Origin: an uncultured Eubacteriales bacterium
Lineage (GTDB): Bacteria > Bacillota > Clostridia > Christensenellales > CAG-138
DNA: 64,000 nucleotides
Direction of reading: 5' to 3'
Assembly: GCA_902798825.1 (NCBI GenBank)
Contig: CADBYI010000010.1
Span: forward strand, 16,518-80,517
Part shown: in pieces, positions 7,905 through 17,390 of the stretch
Layout of the letters: every line of letters starts with the position of its first letter
Numbering within the stretch: the stretch's first letter is position 1
Notes under the pieces: generated by a model
Told to the model about the DNA's origin: nothing
What the model saw: only the letters and a program-made list of their open reading frames with translations
The model's database searches: none
Position numbers and translations under genes: made by a program

Positions 7905-9932
7905 ATGGACCAGGAAACAAGAGAAACTTTGAATATAGAAGAGCCGGAGCAGGAGAGCGCCCAGGCGCGCGCCTCCGAGCCGAAGCGGAAGGGAGGCTCC
8001 CGCCGCGCAAAGCTGGTGGAGGTTCGGAACCGGTTTTGCCGGGGCGTCCGCAGCGCCTTCGATTCGGTGGCGGCCTTCTTCTTGAAGATATGGGCCGTGG
8101 TGGGCCCCGTCTGTAAGAAGATCGGTCACGGCGTGGCCGTGGCTGGCCGGGCCGCCTGGAAGGTGATCGGCCCCGCCTGTCGCAAGCTTTGGCAGTGGAT
8201 CAAGCCCGGCATCCTGTTCCTGGGGAACAAGGTCAAGGCCGGGGCTGCCTATCTGACCACCCGGTTCAAGGGTCTCAACAAGGCCATGCAGATCGGCATC
8301 GGGGCGGTGAGCGGGTCGCTGGTGCTGCTCATCATCGCTCTCATGATCAGCGCCCACGTGTCCCGGACCGCCATGCTGGCGGCCCAGGCCACCCCCGACA
8401 ACGTGCTCCCCGTCGTCAGCGAGACCGAGGCCCCCACCGCGGCGCCCACGGCTTCCCCTATCCCCGAGCCCATGAAGGGCGAGATCATGAAGAAGGGGGA
8501 CGATTCCCCCACGGTGGCCATCGTTCAGACCCGGCTTATGGAGCTGGGCTATATGGACAGCGACGAGCCCACGGAGCACTTCGGCAGCATCACCGAGGCG
8601 GCCCTGGTCCGCTTCCAGAAGCATAACGATTTGAAGGCCGACGGCCAGCTGGGGGAGACCACCTGGGTCCTACTCATGAACGAGGGCGTGCAGGAGTGCG
8701 TCATACGGGACGGGGACGAAGGCGACGACGTGGCCGACATCCAGAACCGGCTCTATGAGCTGGGGTATTTGGCCAAGAACTATATCACCGGCACCTATGG
8801 CGAAAAGACCAGCGCCGCCGTGTCGGACTTCCAGAAGGCCAACAGCATTGCCTCCACCGGCATGGTGGGCCATGACACCCTGGACGTGCTCTATGCCGAC
8901 GACGTGGTGGGCAACTTCTTCTCCAAGGGCGAGGTGAACGACACCATCGCCACCTACCAGGAGCGGCTCAAGAAGCTGGGCTACCTGGTCGACAGCTATA
9001 AGGTGAAGGGCAAGATGGATGACGCCACCATCACCGCCATCCGCAAGTTCCAGGACAACAACGACCTGACCCCCGACGGGTGCCTGGGCCCCACCACCAT
9101 GGCCGCCATGGACAGCAAGGACGCCAAGGCCTATACCCTGAAGCTGGGCATGAAGGGGTCCGAGGTGAAGGCGGTCCAAAAGCGGCTGAAGGCTCTGGGG
9201 TATCTCAAGAGCAACTCCCAGGTCAACGGCTACTACGGCGAGGCCACGGAGGACGCAGTGGAGGAATTCCAGCGGCGGAACAACCTGTCCGCGGACGGCA
9301 CCGTGGGCCCGAAGACCCTGGAGAAGCTGAACAGCTCCTCCGCCAAGAAGGCGGCCGCCACCCCGAAGCCGACGGCAAAGCCCAAAGCCACGCCCAAGCC
9401 CACCAAGAGGGCCAGCACCAAGACCACCAAGGCGGGGAGCAAAGCTACCGCCAAAGCGAAGGCCACCGCCAAGGCGAAGGCTACCGCCAAGGCGAAGGCT
9501 ACCGCCAAACCGAAGGCCACCTCCAAGCCGGTGAGCACCACCAAGAAGGGCGTGGAGAAGCTGATCGCCATTGCCGAGAGCAAGATCGGCTGCTCCTACT
9601 CCAGTGGCGCCAAGGGCCCCGAACGGTTCGACTGCTCCGGCTTTGTCTACTACTGCATGAAACAGGCGGGCTTCAGCGGCGGCTATATGACCAGCCGTAC
9701 CTGGCGCTCCTGTTCCCGCTATCCCAGGATCACCAGCATGAGCCAAATCAAGCGGGGCGACATCCTGGTGTTCAAGGGCAACTCCATGGCCACGGGCCAC
9801 GTGGGCATCTACCTGGGTGGCGGCAAGATGATCGACGCCAGCTCCGGCGCGGGCCAGGTCCGCATCACCAACTCCGTCCTATCCGGCAGCTATTGGAAGC
9901 AGCACTTTCTGATGGCCTATAGAATTGGATGA
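7905..9932 (+). CDS. Cell-wall hydrolase: N-terminal TM anchor, five PG_binding_1 repeats, KATA linker, C-terminal NlpC/P60 domain
   Basis: GAGGTG 8 nt before ATG 7905 (7878 is an alternative start). Repeated ..A(L/V)..FQ..N.L..DG..G..T motifs (peptidoglycan-binding domain 1). C-terminus has FDCSGFVYYC ... GHVGIYLGGGKMIDAS (NlpC/P60 Cys-His). Confidence 0.85.
   Translation: MDQETRETLNIEEPEQESAQARASEPKRKGGSRRAKLVEVRNRFCRGVRSAFDSVAAFFLKIWAVVGPVCKKIGHGVAVAGRAAWKVIGPACRKLWQWIKPGILFLGNKVKAGAAYLTTRFKGLNKAMQIGIGAVSGSLVLLIIALMISAHVSRTAMLAAQATPDNVLPVVSETEAPTAAPTASPIPEPMKGEIMKKGDDSPTVAIVQTRLMELGYMDSDEPTEHFGSITEAALVRFQKHNDLKADGQLGETTWVLLMNEGVQECVIRDGDEGDDVADIQNRLYELGYLAKNYITGTYGEKTSAAVSDFQKANSIASTGMVGHDTLDVLYADDVVGNFFSKGEVNDTIATYQERLKKLGYLVDSYKVKGKMDDATITAIRKFQDNNDLTPDGCLGPTTMAAMDSKDAKAYTLKLGMKGSEVKAVQKRLKALGYLKSNSQVNGYYGEATEDAVEEFQRRNNLSADGTVGPKTLEKLNSSSAKKAAATPKPTAKPKATPKPTKRASTKTTKAGSKATAKAKATAKAKATAKAKATAKPKATSKPVSTTKKGVEKLIAIAESKIGCSYSSGAKGPERFDCSGFVYYCMKQAGFSGGYMTSRTWRSCSRYPRITSMSQIKRGDILVFKGNSMATGHVGIYLGGGKMIDASSGAGQVRITNSVLSGSYWKQHFLMAYRIG
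9441..9522 (+). repeat. 12-bp tandem repeat encoding (K-A-T-A)n
   Basis: aaR gcN acc gcc units, about 7 copies, in frame in the hydrolase linker. Confidence 0.85.
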
Positions 9933-9942
9933 AGAATCGCCC

Positions 9943-9973
9943 AACGGCGTCGGGGTCTCCCGACGCCGTTTTC
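9943..9973 (+). terminator. Intrinsic terminator
   Basis: aacggcgtcggg-gtct-cccgacgccgtt perfect 12-bp stem followed by ttttc, 10 nt after the stop. Confidence 0.85.
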
Positions 9974-9992
9974 ATATGAAAAGGGAGGACAT

Positions 9993-10883
9993 ATGGGCAC
10001 AAGTCTGATGAACCATGTGGCGGAGCTCTTTTTCTGCCTGAAACCCAAGCGGACGGAAGGGGACTTCGACGCCCTGCTGACCGGACGAAAGACGCAGCCG
10101 GAGCGGTCCGCCCGGCCGCCCCGGTTCATGGGCCCCTGCCAGAGGGCGGGGGAGGAGGGGCGCCTGCTTTGCTTTGGCGAACGGGCCGACAGCCCCTATA
10201 CCGTCTTCTATTGCCACGGCGGGGGCTATACAAACGACTTTTCCTATTTTCACTGGCGGTTTTTGAAGAAGATTATGGACCGGACTGGCGCCGCCGTCGT
10301 GGCCCCGGCCTATCCTCTGGCCCCCTATGGCACCTGGGCGGAGGCCTTTCGGCTCATCCTGCCTGCCTTTATCCGATGCGCCGAGAACCACCCCGATCGA
10401 AAGCTGATCCTCATGGGGGATTCGGCGGGCGGCGGTCTGGCGGCAGCCCTGGCTCTGGAGCTGGCGCAACAGGGGAAGCGGCGCCCCGACGAGCTCATAC
10501 TGCTGTCCCCCTGGATGGACGTGACCATGGAGGAAGCGGACATAGGGCCCTTCGTTCCCCTGGACCCCTGGATCACCCCCGCCTACCGGGCCTGCGGCCG
10601 CTGGTGGGCCGGGGCGCTGGATGTGCGGGACCCTCGGGTGAGCCCCGCCTACGGGCCCGTAGAGGAGCTTCGCCATGTGACCGTCTTCTGTGGGACCCGG
10701 GAGGTATTGAACCCGGACAGCGTGAAGCTGTATGGGCGGCTGGACCCCGAAGGGGACAATGAGCTGATCGTCAGGGAGGGGATGTTCCACGTCTATCCCC
10801 TGCTGCCCATCCCTGAGGCGAAGGAGGCGGTGGATCGCATCGTGGAGAAGATCGTGCGAAAGCGGGAGGAAGATCGCTCATGA
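9993..10883 (+). CDS. Alpha/beta hydrolase (hormone-sensitive-lipase-type esterase, Abhydrolase_3)
   Basis: AAGGGAGG before the ATG. Oxyanion motif HGGGY and nucleophile elbow GDSAGGGLA. Confidence 0.85.
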   Translation: MGTSLMNHVAELFFCLKPKRTEGDFDALLTGRKTQPERSARPPRFMGPCQRAGEEGRLLCFGERADSPYTVFYCHGGGYTNDFSYFHWRFLKKIMDRTGAAVVAPAYPLAPYGTWAEAFRLILPAFIRCAENHPDRKLILMGDSAGGGLAAALALELAQQGKRRPDELILLSPWMDVTMEEADIGPFVPLDPWITPAYRACGRWWAGALDVRDPRVSPAYGPVEELRHVTVFCGTREVLNPDSVKLYGRLDPEGDNELIVREGMFHVYPLLPIPEAKEAVDRIVEKIVRKREEDRS

Positions 10884-11569
10884 GTAGGGAAGCCATTGGA
10901 CAGGAGCTGTTCCGCCATCGGGACGAGGGGTATCGGGCCCTGCAGGTGAAGATACTCCCCACGGTGCCCGCGGAGCGGATCATCGGCGTGCGGACCCCGA
11001 TCCTGCGCAGCTACGCCAAGGAGCTGACGCGGGAGGGGGCGGCGGCGTTTTTGAACGATTTGCCCCATGCCTACTTCGACGAGGACCAGCTCCACGCCTT
11101 TCTCCTTTCCGAGATAAAGGACTTCGACCGGTGCGTGGCGGCGGTGGACCGCTTTTTGTCCTATGTGGACAACTGGGCCACCAGCGACCAGCTGTCCCCC
11201 AAATGCTTCAAAAAGCACCGGCAGGCGCTGCTGCCCTATATCGAAAGGTGGATCGACTCGGGGGAGACCTACCCCGTCCGCTTCGGGGTGGGGATGCTGA
11301 TGCAGCACTATCTGGACGAGGCCTTCGACCCGCGGTATCTGCAGATCGTGGCGGACATCCGCTCCGAGGCCTACTACGTGAACATGATGCGGGCCTGGTA
11401 TTTCGCCACGGCCCTGGCCAAGCAGTACGAGGCCGCCCTGCCCTATCTGGAGCAGCGGCAACTGGACCCCTGGACTCACCAAAAGGCCATCCAGAAGGCG
11501 GTGGAGAGCTACCGGGTGTCGGCGGCGCAAAAGCAGTATTTAAAGACCCTGCGGATAAGGAGCAGATGA
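10880..11569 (+). CDS. DNA alkylation repair protein (AlkD-like HEAT-repeat family)
   Basis: ATGA overlap with the upstream gene. 229 aa with ...GVRTP.LR..AKEL..., ...VDNWATSDQL..., YYVNMMRAWYFATAL pattern of the PF08713-type family. Confidence 0.75.
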   Translation: MSREAIGQELFRHRDEGYRALQVKILPTVPAERIIGVRTPILRSYAKELTREGAAAFLNDLPHAYFDEDQLHAFLLSEIKDFDRCVAAVDRFLSYVDNWATSDQLSPKCFKKHRQALLPYIERWIDSGETYPVRFGVGMLMQHYLDEAFDPRYLQIVADIRSEAYYVNMMRAWYFATALAKQYEAALPYLEQRQLDPWTHQKAIQKAVESYRVSAAQKQYLKTLRIRSR

Positions 11570-11570
11570 T

Positions 11571-11864
11571 ATGGCGTCCAGCAAAGAGTATTTGGAATAT
11601 GTTTTGGAGCAGCTCCAACAGGTGGAGGGTCTGCGCTATCGGCCCATGATGGGGGAATATCTGCTCTACTGCCGGGGCAGGGTGGTGGGCGGCGTCTACG
11701 ACGATCGGCTCCTGGTCAAGGACACGGAATCGGCCCGGGCCCTGCTGCCCGAAGCGCCCCGGGAGTTGCCCTATCCCGGGGGCCGGGAGATGCTGCTGGT
11801 GACGGATATGGAAAACAAAAGCCTCCTGCAACGATTGCTGGAAGCCGTTTCAAAAGAGGTATGA
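11571..11864 (+). CDS. TfoX N-terminal domain protein
   Basis: 97 aa. SKEYLEYVLEQL.....R.MMGEY.LY..G..VGGVYDDRLLVK matches stand-alone TfoX_N proteins. Confidence 0.7.
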   Translation: MASSKEYLEYVLEQLQQVEGLRYRPMMGEYLLYCRGRVVGGVYDDRLLVKDTESARALLPEAPRELPYPGGREMLLVTDMENKSLLQRLLEAVSKEV

Positions 11865-11868
11865 GCGT

Positions 11869-12294
11869 TTAGCTCTTTTTGACGAATTGATTCTTGCAGT
11901 GGGGGCAGGTGATGCGGATCTTCCCCTTGCCCTTTGGCACCCGGACGGTGGCGCGGCACTGGGGGCAGCGGAAGTACCGATGGACCTTCCGATCCTGCCA
12001 GCGAGTTTTGCGCTGCTTCCACCAGCTCACGACCTTGTTCTTGTACACGAAATACTGATAATTCTCCGACGCCCGCTTTTGGGTGTTCTTCGACAGGGTC
12101 CGAAAGATGCTCCAGATGAGCAAGGCCCAGGAAAGGGTCACCATCAGCGAGCCCAAAATCTGGGTGGCGTTTTTTTGGATGCTGGAGAGCACGAAGCCGG
12201 CGAGCAGCAGCACCCACCCGCAGATGGTCAAAAATCGGTTCAGCTCGTCGGCCCCGTAGCGGCCCACCATGAACTTGCGCAGTCGTTCCTTCAT
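11869..12294 (-). CDS. Membrane protein with C-terminal zinc ribbon
   Basis: 141 aa. Two hydrophobic helices, then CPQC-x14-CPHC. Convergent with the TfoX gene, only 4 bp apart. Confidence 0.6.
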   Translation of the reverse strand: MKERLRKFMVGRYGADELNRFLTICGWVLLLAGFVLSSIQKNATQILGSLMVTLSWALLIWSIFRTLSKNTQKRASENYQYFVYKNKVVSWWKQRKTRWQDRKVHRYFRCPQCRATVRVPKGKGKIRITCPHCKNQFVKKS

Positions 12295-12449
12295 CGGCTT
12301 TTCCCCGTCCCTCCTTTGATGGCATCAGTATGACGCATCATTTTGAACCCATTGTGAAACCAGATGGGTATTCATGCAAAGTTTTGTTGACGGAAGGGGA
12401 AGCAGGTTATACACTTAAAAGCACAACCTGAACGAGGGAGCCAAACGCC

Positions 12450-13376
12450 ATGATCCTGACCATTTTACAAACCGTGCTGGGTCTGATCCTGCTGCTATGC
12501 CTTGGCTTTTTGTGCTGCAAGGTGGGCCTGATCGACGAGGTAGCGGAAAAGAAGCTGACGGGCCTGCTGCTGAAAGTGGTCCAACCGGTGTACCTTTTCG
12601 TGGCCTACCAGCGGGCCTTTGACCGGGGCCTGCTCAGGGATTTCATGATCTGCATGGCCCTGGCCGCCGCCGCCTTTCTCATCATGATCCTGCTTCCCTA
12701 CCTGTTTTTTAAGAGGGGGAGCCGGGATCGGGAGGTGGGGCTGCTGCTCACCGCCTTTCCCAACGTGGGCTTCTTCGGCATCCCCCTGATCTCGGGCATC
12801 TACGGGGTGGAGGGCGTGTTCTTCCTCACCACCATGATCACCATGTTCAACGTTCTGCTCTGGACCTATGGGGTCATCCTCATGTCCGGCCAGCGGGACA
12901 GCCTGAAAAACACCCTGAAGCGGCTGGTGAGCCCCTCTCTGATAGCCATCGTGGTGGGCCTGGTCTGCTTCTCCTTCGGCTGGACCCTGCCGGAGGTGAT
13001 CGTTTCGCCCCTTAGGAAGCTGGGGGACATGAATTCGCCGCTGGCCATGTTGATTTCCGGGGCTGTGGTGGCCCGGGCCAACTTCAAGCAGGGCCTTCGG
13101 GACCCCATGGTGTACAAGATCTCCCTGCTGCGGGTGCTGGTGCTGCCCATGGCGGTGGCCCTGTGCCTGTTCTGGCTACCGGTGGACCCCATGCTGTTGA
13201 CCATCGTGGTGCTGTCCAGCGGCTTCTCCGTGGGCAGCGTGCCCCTGATGTTCTGCGTGCAGTACGACAAAAACAGCGTCTTGGCAGGGGAGTGCGTGGC
13301 TTTGACCTCCGTCCTCTGCTGTGGGACCACGTCCCTGGTCTACCTGTTTTTGAATCTGCTGCGGGGCGGGATGTAG
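12450..13376 (+). CDS. AEC (auxin efflux carrier) family transporter
   Basis: 308 aa, about 10 TM helices. N- and C-terminal halves have the AEC-like FPNVGFFGIPL and LSSGFSVGSVPLMF segments. Confidence 0.7.
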   Translation: MILTILQTVLGLILLLCLGFLCCKVGLIDEVAEKKLTGLLLKVVQPVYLFVAYQRAFDRGLLRDFMICMALAAAAFLIMILLPYLFFKRGSRDREVGLLLTAFPNVGFFGIPLISGIYGVEGVFFLTTMITMFNVLLWTYGVILMSGQRDSLKNTLKRLVSPSLIAIVVGLVCFSFGWTLPEVIVSPLRKLGDMNSPLAMLISGAVVARANFKQGLRDPMVYKISLLRVLVLPMAVALCLFWLPVDPMLLTIVVLSSGFSVGSVPLMFCVQYDKNSVLAGECVALTSVLCCGTTSLVYLFLNLLRGGM

Positions 13377-13421
13377 GCGCCTGCCCCCGTCCGGCGGGAT
13401 CGTATACCTTGTGCCGGAAGG

Positions 13422-13450
13422 TTGACGAAGCGGACCCTTTGTGGTACACT
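13422..13450 (+). promoter_or_regulatory. Sigma-A-type promoter of the nucleoside ABC operon
   Basis: TTGACG (13422-13427), 17-nt spacer, TACACT (13445-13450), with an extended -10 TG at 13442-13443. Confidence 0.6.
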
Positions 13451-13514
13451 GATTCTGGTATGTAGCGGGCCTATGGGGTCCGTTGCAGAATAAAAAGATA
13501 GAAAGGAAAATGTC

Positions 13515-14636
13515 ATGAAAAAGTTTGTTGCTATTCTGCTGTGCCTGGTGATGGTACTGGCCATCGTCGCCTGCAAGAAGACTGAGACCGCCACCACCGA
13601 GCCCAAGACCGAGACCACCGAAGCCAAGAAGCTGCAGGTCGTCAACCTGGTCAACGGAAACCTGGGCGACAAATCCTTCTTTGATTCCGCCGAGAGCGGC
13701 ATGAAGGCCCTGCAGGATGCCGGCCTCGTGGAGTACAAGACCATCGAGATGGGCACCGACGAGAGCACCTGGCAGAACTACGTGGAAGAGGTCGCCTCCT
13801 CCAAGCAGTACGACATCATCGTCTGCGGTACCTGGCAGATGCCCGACAACCTGATCCCCGTGGCCCAGAAGTACACCGATCAGCTCTTCATCATCTATGA
13901 TACCGAGGTGAAGGTGGACGACAAGTATCTGCCCAACGTGGCCTCCATCCAGTACAACCAGAACGACATGGGCTATCTCGTGGGCGTCTATGCGGCCCTC
14001 CTCGAGACCAAGTCCGATCTGACCGGCCTCAACGAGCAGAAGATCCTGGGCTTCGTGGGCGGCGAGGATTCCCCCGTCATCTGCGACTTCTTGGTGGGCT
14101 ACATCGAGGGTGCCCAGTCCATCGATCCTGACATCAAGGTCGACTGGCGCTGGATCGGCAACTACACCGACTCCGCCCTGGGCAAGGAGATCGGCGCTGC
14201 CGAGATCGAAGCGGGCGCGGACATCATCTGGGGCGTGGGCGGCAATGCCGGCACCGGCGCCGTGGAAGCCTGCTATGAGAAGGGCATGTACTTCATCGGC
14301 GTCGACTCCGATCAGGAGCAGACTCTGGATCCCAAGTACGCGGCCATCACCATGACCTCCGGCCTCAAGAACGTGGGCACCTCCCTGGAGTACGTCATCA
14401 AGAAGTACCTGGAGGGCGACAAGTCCTTCTGGGGCACCTGCTCCTATCTGGGCCTCGCTGAGGACGGCGTGGGCATCGCCACCGCCGGCAACTTCGCCAA
14501 GCAGTCCAAGGACATCCAGGATGCCGTCAACGCTGTGAAGGACAAGATCCTCGCCGGCGAAGTCAAGGTCGACACCGCCTTCGATGCCAACTTCGACTAC
14601 TACGGCCTCATGAACCAGGTCAAGTCCGGTAACTAA
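13515..14636 (+). CDS. BMP-family (PnrA/Med-like) ABC substrate-binding lipoprotein, probably nucleoside-binding
   Basis: Lipobox LAIVAC. GFVGGEDSPVI.DF..GY..G and IIWGVGGNAGTG motifs of basic membrane protein family binders. Confidence 0.85.
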   Translation: MKKFVAILLCLVMVLAIVACKKTETATTEPKTETTEAKKLQVVNLVNGNLGDKSFFDSAESGMKALQDAGLVEYKTIEMGTDESTWQNYVEEVASSKQYDIIVCGTWQMPDNLIPVAQKYTDQLFIIYDTEVKVDDKYLPNVASIQYNQNDMGYLVGVYAALLETKSDLTGLNEQKILGFVGGEDSPVICDFLVGYIEGAQSIDPDIKVDWRWIGNYTDSALGKEIGAAEIEAGADIIWGVGGNAGTGAVEACYEKGMYFIGVDSDQEQTLDPKYAAITMTSGLKNVGTSLEYVIKKYLEGDKSFWGTCSYLGLAEDGVGIATAGNFAKQSKDIQDAVNAVKDKILAGEVKVDTAFDANFDYYGLMNQVKSGN

Positions 14637-14669
14637 TCAAACAGCAACCTTAGGCTATCGCTAAGGGAA

Positions 14670-14695
14670 GGGGGAGCCAACACGCCGGCTCCCCC
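14670..14695 (+). terminator. Intra-operon stem-loop after the binding-protein gene (partial terminator or mRNA stabiliser)
   Basis: gggggagcc-aacacgcc-ggctccccc 9-bp stem followed by cattt. Lies between the SBP stop and the ATPase start. Confidence 0.45.
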
Positions 14696-14731
14696 CATTT
14701 GGATTATAAAAGCAAAGGAAGGGGAAAGCGG

Positions 14732-16297
14732 ATGCAGAACAGCGAATATGTCGTTGAGATGCGTGGCATCGACAAGATCTACCCCAACGGCATCGCCGCC
14801 AACCAGGGGGTGGACTTCCTGGTGAAGAAAGGCGAGATCCATGCCCTCATGGGGGAGAACGGGGCGGGCAAATCCACCCTGATGAAGATGCTCTTCGGCA
14901 TGGAGCAGCCCACCAACGGCGAGATCTATATCAATGGGGAGAAGGTGGCCCTCACTTCACCCACCGTGGCCATTGCCCACGGGATCGGCATGGTCCATCA
15001 GCACTTCATGCTGGTGCCCAGCCTGACGGTGGCGGAGAATGTGGTCTTGGGCATGGAACCCAGGAAGGGGAAGCTCTTCGTGGATTTCTCTAAGGCCATC
15101 GCCCTCACCGAGGAATACAGCAAAAAGTTTAATTTGGAAGTGGACCCCAACGCCAAGGTCATGGACATCCCCGTGGGCATGAAGCAGAAGGTGGAGATAC
15201 TCAAGGCTTTGGTCCGGGGCGCCAAGATCCTGATCCTGGACGAGCCCACCGCCGTGCTCACCACCCAGGAGACCGTGGAGCTCTTCCGGGAGCTGGTCCA
15301 CCTGAAGGAACAGGGCTACACCATCATCTTCATTTCCCACAAGCTCAAGGAGATCAAGGAGATCACGGACCGCATGACCATCCTGCGGGGCGGCCGGTCC
15401 ATGGGCGTCTACAACACCGCTGACACCTCCGAGCAGGAGATTTCCCGCCTCATGGTGGGCCGGGACGTTATCCTCACCGTTCAGAAGGACCAGGCCCAGC
15501 CCACGGCGCCGGTGCTTCAGGTGAGGGAGCTGGAGTACACCAACGACTGGAACCGAAAGATGCTGAACAAGGTATCCTTCACGGTGCGAAAGGGCGAGAT
15601 ATTGGGCATCGCCGGCGTGGAGGGCAACGGCCAGCGGGAGCTGGTGGACATCCTCTACAACTTCAGCAAGCCTGATGCCGGCCAGGTCACCGTGGGCGGA
15701 AAGTCCACCCTTGGCCTCCATCAGGACAAGCTTCGGGACATGGGCATCTCCCTGATCCCTGAGGACCGCATGATCTACGGCATCGCGGATTCCGCCAGCA
15801 TCGAGGAGAACGTGATCTCCGACCGGTTCGACAAGAAGGAGTTCAACAATGGGCCCCTGTTCAACATGAAGGCCATCCACGCCGAGAGCCAGCGGCTGGT
15901 GGAGGAATACCAGGTCCTGTGCAAATCCCCCCAGCAGCAGGTGAAGATGCTCTCCGGCGGCAACATCCAAAAGGTGGTGGTGGCCCGGGAGTTCTCCTCC
16001 GAGCCCGTCCTCATCATCGCCGATCAGCCCACCCGTGGCATCGACGTGGGCGCCACGGAGTTCATCCGTAAGAAGCTGGTGGAGCTTAGTCGGGCCGGGG
16101 CCGCGGTGCTGCTGGTCAGCGCGGATCTGAACGAGGTCATCGAGCTTTCCGACAGCCTGGTGGTCTTCCACGGCGGCGAGATCGTTGCCTACTTCGAGGA
16201 CACCAAGAAGATGGACGAAATGGAGATGGGCGAATATATGCTTGGTCTCAAGCGGCAGAGCCCCGAGGAAGTTAGGAGGGTGGTCCATGAAAAGTAA
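14732..16297 (+). CDS. ABC transporter ATP-binding protein with duplicated ATPase domains (sugar/nucleoside type)
   Basis: Walker A GENGAGKST, signature and Walker B LILDEPT in the first half. Second half has GVEGNGQRE, LSGGNIQK, IIADQPTRGIDV. Confidence 0.9.
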   Translation: MQNSEYVVEMRGIDKIYPNGIAANQGVDFLVKKGEIHALMGENGAGKSTLMKMLFGMEQPTNGEIYINGEKVALTSPTVAIAHGIGMVHQHFMLVPSLTVAENVVLGMEPRKGKLFVDFSKAIALTEEYSKKFNLEVDPNAKVMDIPVGMKQKVEILKALVRGAKILILDEPTAVLTTQETVELFRELVHLKEQGYTIIFISHKLKEIKEITDRMTILRGGRSMGVYNTADTSEQEISRLMVGRDVILTVQKDQAQPTAPVLQVRELEYTNDWNRKMLNKVSFTVRKGEILGIAGVEGNGQRELVDILYNFSKPDAGQVTVGGKSTLGLHQDKLRDMGISLIPEDRMIYGIADSASIEENVISDRFDKKEFNNGPLFNMKAIHAESQRLVEEYQVLCKSPQQQVKMLSGGNIQKVVVAREFSSEPVLIIADQPTRGIDVGATEFIRKKLVELSRAGAAVLLVSADLNEVIELSDSLVVFHGGEIVAYFEDTKKMDEMEMGEYMLGLKRQSPEEVRRVVHEK

Positions 16298-17390
16298 GAG
16301 TCTACGTCTGTTCGGCTATGTGCGGGGCGCTGCGGCCCTGCTGGTGGCCTTCCTGGTGGCGCTGGTGCTGATCTTCCTGAGCAGCGATCAGCCTCTGACG
16401 GCCCTGCGCTATATGATCCTTGGTCCGGCGGCCAGCTGGAGCAAGGTTTGCCGGGTGCTGGCCTATATGATTCCCATCACGTTCACGGGCCTGGGCACCT
16501 GCATCATGTTCTCCGCCAACCAGTTCAACCTGGCCGGCGAGGGCTGTATCTCCGCGGGCGGCTTCGTGGGGGCGCTGGTGGCCATCTATTGCCCCATGCC
16601 CACCGTGCTCCATCAGATCGTCTGCATCCTGGCGGGCGCCATCATCGGCGGCCTCATCATGCTGATCCCCGGCTTCCTCAAGACCAAGTGGGGGGTCTCC
16701 GAGATGGTGGTCTCCCTGATGCTCAACTACATCATCCTGGACGTGACCATGCAGTTCCTCACCCAGAACTTCGCGGACCGGTCCCAAGGCGCCACCATGA
16801 CCTTCCCCTATAAGAGCACCGCCATCATCCCCAAGATTTTCAAAGGGGAGCAGGTGAGCTACGGCATCTTCATCGCCATCGCCATGGCGGTTCTGTGCTG
16901 GTTCTTCCTGTACCGCACCAAGTGGGGCTATGCCATCCGCATGGTGGGCATCAACAAGGAATTCTCCCAGTATTCCGGCATCAAGGTGGGCGCCATCATC
17001 ATCCTGTGCCAGGTGGTGGGCGGGATCCTCGCCGGCATGGGCGGCGTGGTCACCCAGCTGGGCTACTTCTCCCAGTACCGCTGGACGGCCCTGACCGGCT
17101 ACGGCTGGGACGGCATCACCTTGGCCATCCTGGCGGCCAACAACCCCATCTTCATTCCTGTGGCGGCCTTCTTCGTGGCCTGGCTCCAGTACGGCTGCGA
17201 GCTCATGAACACCTGGACCACGGTGCCGGTGGAGATGATGGACTTGATCTCCGTGGTCATCTTCCTGTTCTTCGCCGCCGAGCAGTTCCTCTCCGGCTTC
17301 AGGCAGAAGCTGGTGGTCCGGGAGACCAAGAAGGAGTTGGCCGAAAAAGCGGCCCAGCAGACCGGGAAAGGAGGTGAGGCGCATGTCTAA
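16287..17390 (+). CDS. ABC transporter permease (BMP system, first permease)
   Basis: ATG 16287 preceded by AGGAGG; overlaps the ATPase stop. About 9 TM helices. Confidence 0.85.
   Translation: MKSKSLRLFGYVRGAAALLVAFLVALVLIFLSSDQPLTALRYMILGPAASWSKVCRVLAYMIPITFTGLGTCIMFSANQFNLAGEGCISAGGFVGALVAIYCPMPTVLHQIVCILAGAIIGGLIMLIPGFLKTKWGVSEMVVSLMLNYIILDVTMQFLTQNFADRSQGATMTFPYKSTAIIPKIFKGEQVSYGIFIAIAMAVLCWFFLYRTKWGYAIRMVGINKEFSQYSGIKVGAIIILCQVVGGILAGMGGVVTQLGYFSQYRWTALTGYGWDGITLAILAANNPIFIPVAAFFVAWLQYGCELMNTWTTVPVEMMDLISVVIFLFFAAEQFLSGFRQKLVVRETKKELAEKAAQQTGKGGEAHV

Noticed and set aside
12336-12437. 33-codon + ORF (MTHHFEPIVKPDGYSCKVLL…) upstream of the AEC transporter gene
   Set aside because: It has no SD and AT-rich third positions, unlike real genes here. 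It also overlaps the likely TTGACG…TATACA promoter of the transporter gene.
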